From positions 228,887 to 292,886 of the forward strand of contig JACPKM010000004.1 of assembly GCA_016187025.1 (NCBI GenBank): a stretch of DNA of 64,000 nucleotides, in the 5' to 3' direction. Made by a program: the position numbers and the translations under genes. Each line of letters begins with the position of its first letter. Position 1 is the first letter of the stretch. Of the stretch, positions 59,831-64,000 are shown piece by piece. This stretch comes from Candidatus Daviesbacteria bacterium (GTDB lineage: Bacteria > Patescibacteriota > Microgenomatia > Daviesbacterales > UBA10151). The notes beneath the pieces are model-generated. The model was not told the origin of the DNA. It saw nothing but the letters and a program-made list of their open reading frames with translations, and searched no databases.

Positions 59831-60424
59831 TCAAACCACCCTTTTTTCTATTGTTGTATTATTGTTGCCAACTTGTTTGTCATCTTCCTCTGTTTTGCTG
59901 TTTTCTTTATTTGCACCCTTGCCTTTGGTAATAATTAAAGCAAGTTTTCTTCCTTCCCATTTTGGTTCTCTTTCTACAGTTACCTTATCGCCCAATATTT
60001 GTATTACCTGTTGCAAAACCTCAAACCCCAACTGCGGGTAAGCCATCTCTCTACCTTTAAACTTGACTGTCAGCTTAACCTTGCGGTTATCATCTAAAAA
60101 TCTTTCTGCCTGATTTAGCCTTACCCTTAAATCATGATCTGCAATTCTTGGTGAGAGCCATAACTCTTTTAACCCACCCTCGCTTGATCCTTTTCTTGCC
60201 AGCCTTTCTTTTTTACTAAGTTCGTATTTGAACTTCTGAAAATCTACAATCCTTACTACAGGGGGATTAGCCTGCGGGGCAATTTCTATTAGATCTAACT
60301 CTAGCTCTTTAGCTTTGGCTAAGGCTTCTTCCTTAGACAAGATACCAATTTGCTTACCGCCAGGGTCAAGCACTCTAAACTGAGCTCCAGGTATATTTTG
60401 GTTTAATCTAAAAAATTTCCCTAT
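59831..60424 (-). CDS. infC: Translation initiation factor IF-3 (probable ATA start)
   Basis: LDLIEIAPQANPPVVRIVDF.KFKY; KFKGRE; GGAGG SD 7 nt before in-frame ATA at 60424. Confidence 0.95.
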   Translation of the reverse strand: MGKFFRLNQNIPGAQFRVLDPGGKQIGILSKEEALAKAKELELDLIEIAPQANPPVVRIVDFQKFKYELSKKERLARKGSSEGGLKELWLSPRIADHDLRVRLNQAERFLDDNRKVKLTVKFKGREMAYPQLGFEVLQQVIQILGDKVTVEREPKWEGRKLALIITKGKGANKENSKTEEDDKQVGNNNTTIEKRVV

Positions 60425-60475
60425 TTTATTTCCTCCTGAAATTTTCACCAAGTACAGTGTGAAATAGTAGCATAT

Positions 60476-62209
60476 TTATCTCTTAGATTCAATCTCCATT
60501 AGAAGCTGTTGTAGGAACTCTTCAGCTTTTAAGCCATTTTGATTTTCACCGTTTCTTTTTCTAACTGATATTAGATTATCCTTTTCTTCTCTTTCACCCA
60601 CTATGATCATGTAAGGAATTTTTTGCAGCTGGGCACTTCTAATTTTGTTTTGCATAGTTTCGCTTCTATTATCAACCTCAGTCCTTATTTTTGCATTACT
60701 TAATTGTTCGAGTAACTTTTGTGCATGATCTAAATTCTTATCTGAAATGGGGATAATTTGTACTTGAGTAGGAGCAAGCCAAGCTGGAAAAGCTCCAGCG
60801 TAGTGTTCTATTAATATTCCAATAAATCTTTCAAGTGAGCCGTAAATAACTCTGTGGATTGCCACAGGTGTTTTCTCCTGTCCTGCTGCATCCGTATATT
60901 TAAGCTTGAAGTTTCTGGGTTGTTGAAAGTCAAGCTGTAATGTGCCCATTTGCCACTGCCTACCAAGAGAATCCTTCATTAAAATGTCTATCTTAGGACC
61001 ATAAAATGCTCCGTCTCCTTCCAAGATTACATATTTTTTTCCGCTTTCCTCAAGAATTTCTTGTAATTCTTTCTCTGCTTTGTTCCAGGTTTGTACATCT
61101 CCCATAAACTTTTCCGGTCTAGTTCCTAGTCTGAAGGAATATTCAAGTCCAAATATAGAATAAAATTTTTCAACTATTTCAAAAAGCCTTTGGTATTCTT
61201 GTTTTATCTGATCTTCACTAACAAATATATGAGCATCATCTTGCCTAAACTCTCTAGCTCGCAGTAAGCCATTTAAAACACCAGATAATTCATAACGATG
61301 AAGCGGATCAGTGTCAGATAATCTTAAGGGTAGATCTTTGTAGGATCTGGTTTTGAATCCAAAGATCACCATAGCATTAGGGCAATTCATCGCCTTTATT
61401 CCGTATTCTTCGTTTTGTCCCATATTAGCAACAAACATATCCTGCCAATAATGATCAAAGTGGCCAGACGTTATATAAAGCTCCTTTTTATTTAAAATGG
61501 GCGATACAGTTTCATAATAACCCCGTTTTTGATGTTCTTCCCTCCAGAATTCAATAAGTTTGTTGTATAAAATGACCCCTTTTGGGAGCCAGTAGGCCAT
61601 ACCCGGGGAGGTTTCATGAAAGAAGAATAGCTCAAGCTGTGGTCCTAGTTTTTTATGATCCCTTTTTTTGGCTTCCTCAAGCATTTCCAAATATTTATCT
61701 AACTCATCTTTATTTGTAAAACAGGTTCCGTAAATTCTGGTTAGCATTTTGTTTTTCTCGGATCCTCTCCAGTAAGCACCAGCAATAGATAAGAGTTTAA
61801 TTGCGCCAATATCCTGACTTGGGTTTTTAGAGTGTCCGCCCCGGCAAAGGTCCTCAAAGTCTCCGGATTTATAAATCGTAACCTTTTCACCCTTTTGGGA
61901 TATTTCATCGATTAACTCAAGTTTATAAGGATTGCCTTTAAAAATTTCTTTTGCTTCTTTTTCAGAGACTTCTCTATGCTCAAAGCTTTCCCAAGTTGGG
62001 AGAAGTTCGGTCATCTTTTTTTCGATCCTAGGTAAATCTTCCTCTGTAATTTTTAAATCTTCAAAATCAAAATCATAATAGAAACCGTTTTCGATTGCAG
62101 GGCCAATTGTCCTTTTAGCATCTGGCCAAAGGTCCAGGACAGCAGCTGCCAATAGATGTGCACAGCTATGATTTAGGTTATTTAAATCATTTTTATCTGA
62201 ATTAACCAT
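60476..62209 (-). CDS. thrS: Threonine--tRNA ligase (no N-terminal TGS domain)
   Basis: HSCAHLLA, DLCRGGH, RDHKKLG, MNCP, GAFYGPKID, GSLERFIG. Confidence 0.98.
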   Translation of the reverse strand: MVNSDKNDLNNLNHSCAHLLAAAVLDLWPDAKRTIGPAIENGFYYDFDFEDLKITEEDLPRIEKKMTELLPTWESFEHREVSEKEAKEIFKGNPYKLELIDEISQKGEKVTIYKSGDFEDLCRGGHSKNPSQDIGAIKLLSIAGAYWRGSEKNKMLTRIYGTCFTNKDELDKYLEMLEEAKKRDHKKLGPQLELFFFHETSPGMAYWLPKGVILYNKLIEFWREEHQKRGYYETVSPILNKKELYITSGHFDHYWQDMFVANMGQNEEYGIKAMNCPNAMVIFGFKTRSYKDLPLRLSDTDPLHRYELSGVLNGLLRAREFRQDDAHIFVSEDQIKQEYQRLFEIVEKFYSIFGLEYSFRLGTRPEKFMGDVQTWNKAEKELQEILEESGKKYVILEGDGAFYGPKIDILMKDSLGRQWQMGTLQLDFQQPRNFKLKYTDAAGQEKTPVAIHRVIYGSLERFIGILIEHYAGAFPAWLAPTQVQIIPISDKNLDHAQKLLEQLSNAKIRTEVDNRSETMQNKIRSAQLQKIPYMIIVGEREEKDNLISVRKRNGENQNGLKAEEFLQQLLMEIESKR

Positions 62210-62310
62210 TTTTCTGATTATACATATTTTTAGGCAATAATCATATACATTTTTCCATTAAAAATTTCTCCTTTCGCAGGTTTAATTAAATTTTAAATGC
62301 AGTCAAGCTA

Positions 62311-62553
62311 CTATTTTTGCAGCTGGAGGGAATTCGATGGTTTTTCAGGTAAGTCCCGCAAAAAATCTCCAACAAATGGCAAAAAGTTAAAAGACCTTAA
62401 AATAGAAAAAAGAATTGCAACAACTACAGTTGCACCAATTACAGTACCAACTCCCCAGGCGATTCCACCTAGGAAATTCCCTACAATTATATACTTTTTT
62501 TTGATATGCGAATTCGCAGTTAGATGCTTATGTATTTCTTTTGAGGTATCCAT
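62311..62553 (-). CDS. Small membrane protein, DUF5665-like
   Basis: NFLGGIAWGVGTVIGATVVVAIL...LPFVG. Confidence 0.75.
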   Translation of the reverse strand: MDTSKEIHKHLTANSHIKKKYIIVGNFLGGIAWGVGTVIGATVVVAILFSILRSFNFLPFVGDFLRDLPEKPSNSLQLQK

Positions 62554-62612
62554 AACTTAAATATACTGGATAAAGCAAAATGATTCAATCAAGATAGATC
62601 TTACAAGAATAA

Positions 62613-62689
62613 TGGTGGGCGGTACAGGGATCGAACCTGTGAACCTTCCGCACGTCAAGCGGACGCTCTACCAGCTGAGCTAACCGCCC
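62613..62689 (-). tRNA. tRNA-Val (GAC)
   Basis: Minus strand GGGCGGT..GCTC/GAGC..TCCGC-TTGACGT-GCGGA..ACAGG-TTCGATC-CCTGT ACCGCCC ACCA. Confidence 0.95.
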
Positions 62690-62765
62690 TTAGGTTAGCA
62701 ATTTTTTTGCAGAATTTTTCTGTCACGGTTAATTTTAAGTTATGTTAGGTTGATATTCAAGGAGA

Positions 62766-63461
62766 TTAACCAGCATTACCACCACTTGAGGACATTACAT
62801 GCCCACCTTCAAAAATTTTCCTTTGATCTTCGTCAAATCCTTTAGTAGGTTTAGGACTTAAAGCAGGGTTTCCCTCCATAGCTTCTGGAGCAGATGTTAT
62901 TACGAGATTCTCTTTTTCCATTGCTATGGCATAAGCTATGGATCCAATATTAAGAATGTGTTCTCTAGAAACTCCAGCATTACCAGCTTTTTGCATCAAT
63001 TTTTGCTCTATTCCGAATAAGCCTTGCGGATCAAAGCGTTCAGCCATTTTTACCGCTTCCTTCTTTGTTTTTTCCCCTGCTTGAATTCGATCAGCTTCTT
63101 GCCTCTGATAACTTTCCCTTTCATGCCTTGCGGTTTCCCTGGTGTTTAATTCTTCTTCTGTAAGTTTTCCTTCAGTAGGTTTAGTTCCCTCTTTTCCGCC
63201 AATTTGATTTACGAATAAATCTCCAATAGCAGAGCCTGCTTCTTTTAAGCCGCCTTCAATAGGTCTTAAGTTTGGTATTTGAAAGTTTGCAAGTACCCCG
63301 AGAATTTTTACAGTCGGTAGGAGGTTTTCAGTTGGTGCCGGATTGAGGGGGTTATATTCTTCAAACCCATCAGGGGCAAAAAATCCTATACCCCTTCTCC
63401 AAAGAGGTACATTACTTCCTGTTTTCTGCTCTTTTTGTGGTTGCGCCGTTAAAGACGACAT
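62766..63461 (-). CDS. Hypothetical protein
   Basis: 231-aa ORF, SD AGAGG, central charged helix. Confidence 0.7.
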   Translation of the reverse strand: MSSLTAQPQKEQKTGSNVPLWRRGIGFFAPDGFEEYNPLNPAPTENLLPTVKILGVLANFQIPNLRPIEGGLKEAGSAIGDLFVNQIGGKEGTKPTEGKLTEEELNTRETARHERESYQRQEADRIQAGEKTKKEAVKMAERFDPQGLFGIEQKLMQKAGNAGVSREHILNIGSIAYAIAMEKENLVITSAPEAMEGNPALSPKPTKGFDEDQRKIFEGGHVMSSSGGNAG

Positions 63462-63588
63462 TGTTTTTGCCTCTTTATAAGTATCCCGAGAGGCCCGGGA
63501 TTAGAGGATATTCTACTACATTCAAAATGAAAGTCAAATTATATCTGGTAAAAATTACGTAAGAAGTTTTTAAATGCGAGGTATTCTG

Positions 63589-63715
63589 GTTCAAGAATGA
63601 ATCTACCGCAAGCTCACGCATGCGGTAGATTCTTGTTTCCCGCCTTCGGTGGGTACTTGCTACGCTCGTACAAACTTCATCTCCTTGCTCAACGCAAGGA
63701 GTATTGCGTTTGAAC
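63589..63715. other. Cluster of hairpins (structured RNA or stacked REP-like elements)
   Basis: GAATCTACCGCA/TGCGGTAGATTC, CCCGC/GTGGG, CTCCTTGC/GCAAGGAG, enclosed by GTTCAA/TTGAAC. Confidence 0.5.
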
Positions 63716-64000
63716 AATAAACTAAAAAGCAGTTTTTCCGCTGAGTAGATCTTTTATAACGTATTCATACGTTTGCGGAAGGGCAGAAGGTAAACCACCA
63801 TCACATTGTTCTCTCAAATAATGCTTTAATACCTGTATTGGCCCGCTATCAATTCCTTTATCTCTTGCCCAGAGTAATGACCGCCTTAGGTTCTAAAACG
63901 AAGTGCAGATGTACTTTTTGTCATTGGAATAGTTCATATATACATTAACAGATAATATTTATCATGCAAGTTTTGGAAAAAAGTGCTATATTTCAGATAA

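Noticed and set aside
63475-63717. 80-aa minus-strand ORF
   Set aside because: TTG start, runs through the hairpin cluster, no protein-like features

Overview
An AT-rich bacterial chromosomal segment using the standard code (TGA is a stop). Gene content points to Patescibacteria/CPR, probably Microgenomates (inference from the pilin set, DUF5663/DUF5665-like genes, compact PheT/ThrRS and archaeal-type TyrRS). In order: (1) 1-14.9 kb, a type IV pilus locus with two Cys-rich/PA14 adhesin-like genes, pilD, ten pilin-like genes including two PilV-W-X sets, and pilMNO. (2) A minus-strand housekeeping run, trmD-khpA-rpsP-rnc-acp-nusB-rpmF-recG. (3) A ~0.9 kb insert between two copies of the recG 5' end, carrying a frameshifted DUF3800 gene and a convergent ~90-nt ncRNA with its own promoter and terminator. 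(4) A 13.6-kb minus-strand locus of modular proteins: a 2076-aa protein (hydrophobic core, GT2 glycosyltransferase, Ser/Thr kinase), a second GT2 protein, a degenerate LCP protein, and three proteins sharing a ~180-aa domain I do not recognise. This is the best candidate for an undescribed system. (5) tyrS and neighbours. (6) An F0F1 ATP synthase operon whose atpC is separated from atpD by a 6.8-kb island of toxin-antitoxin modules, repeat-bounded cassettes and two carbonic-anhydrase-like genes. (7) tRNA-Tyr with C1-G72, a class A PBP, pheT-pheS-rplT-rpmI-infC-thrS and tRNA-Val. Heptamer tandem repeats and small palindromes are scattered throughout, some inside core genes. All family calls come from reading motifs by eye; no database searches were run.
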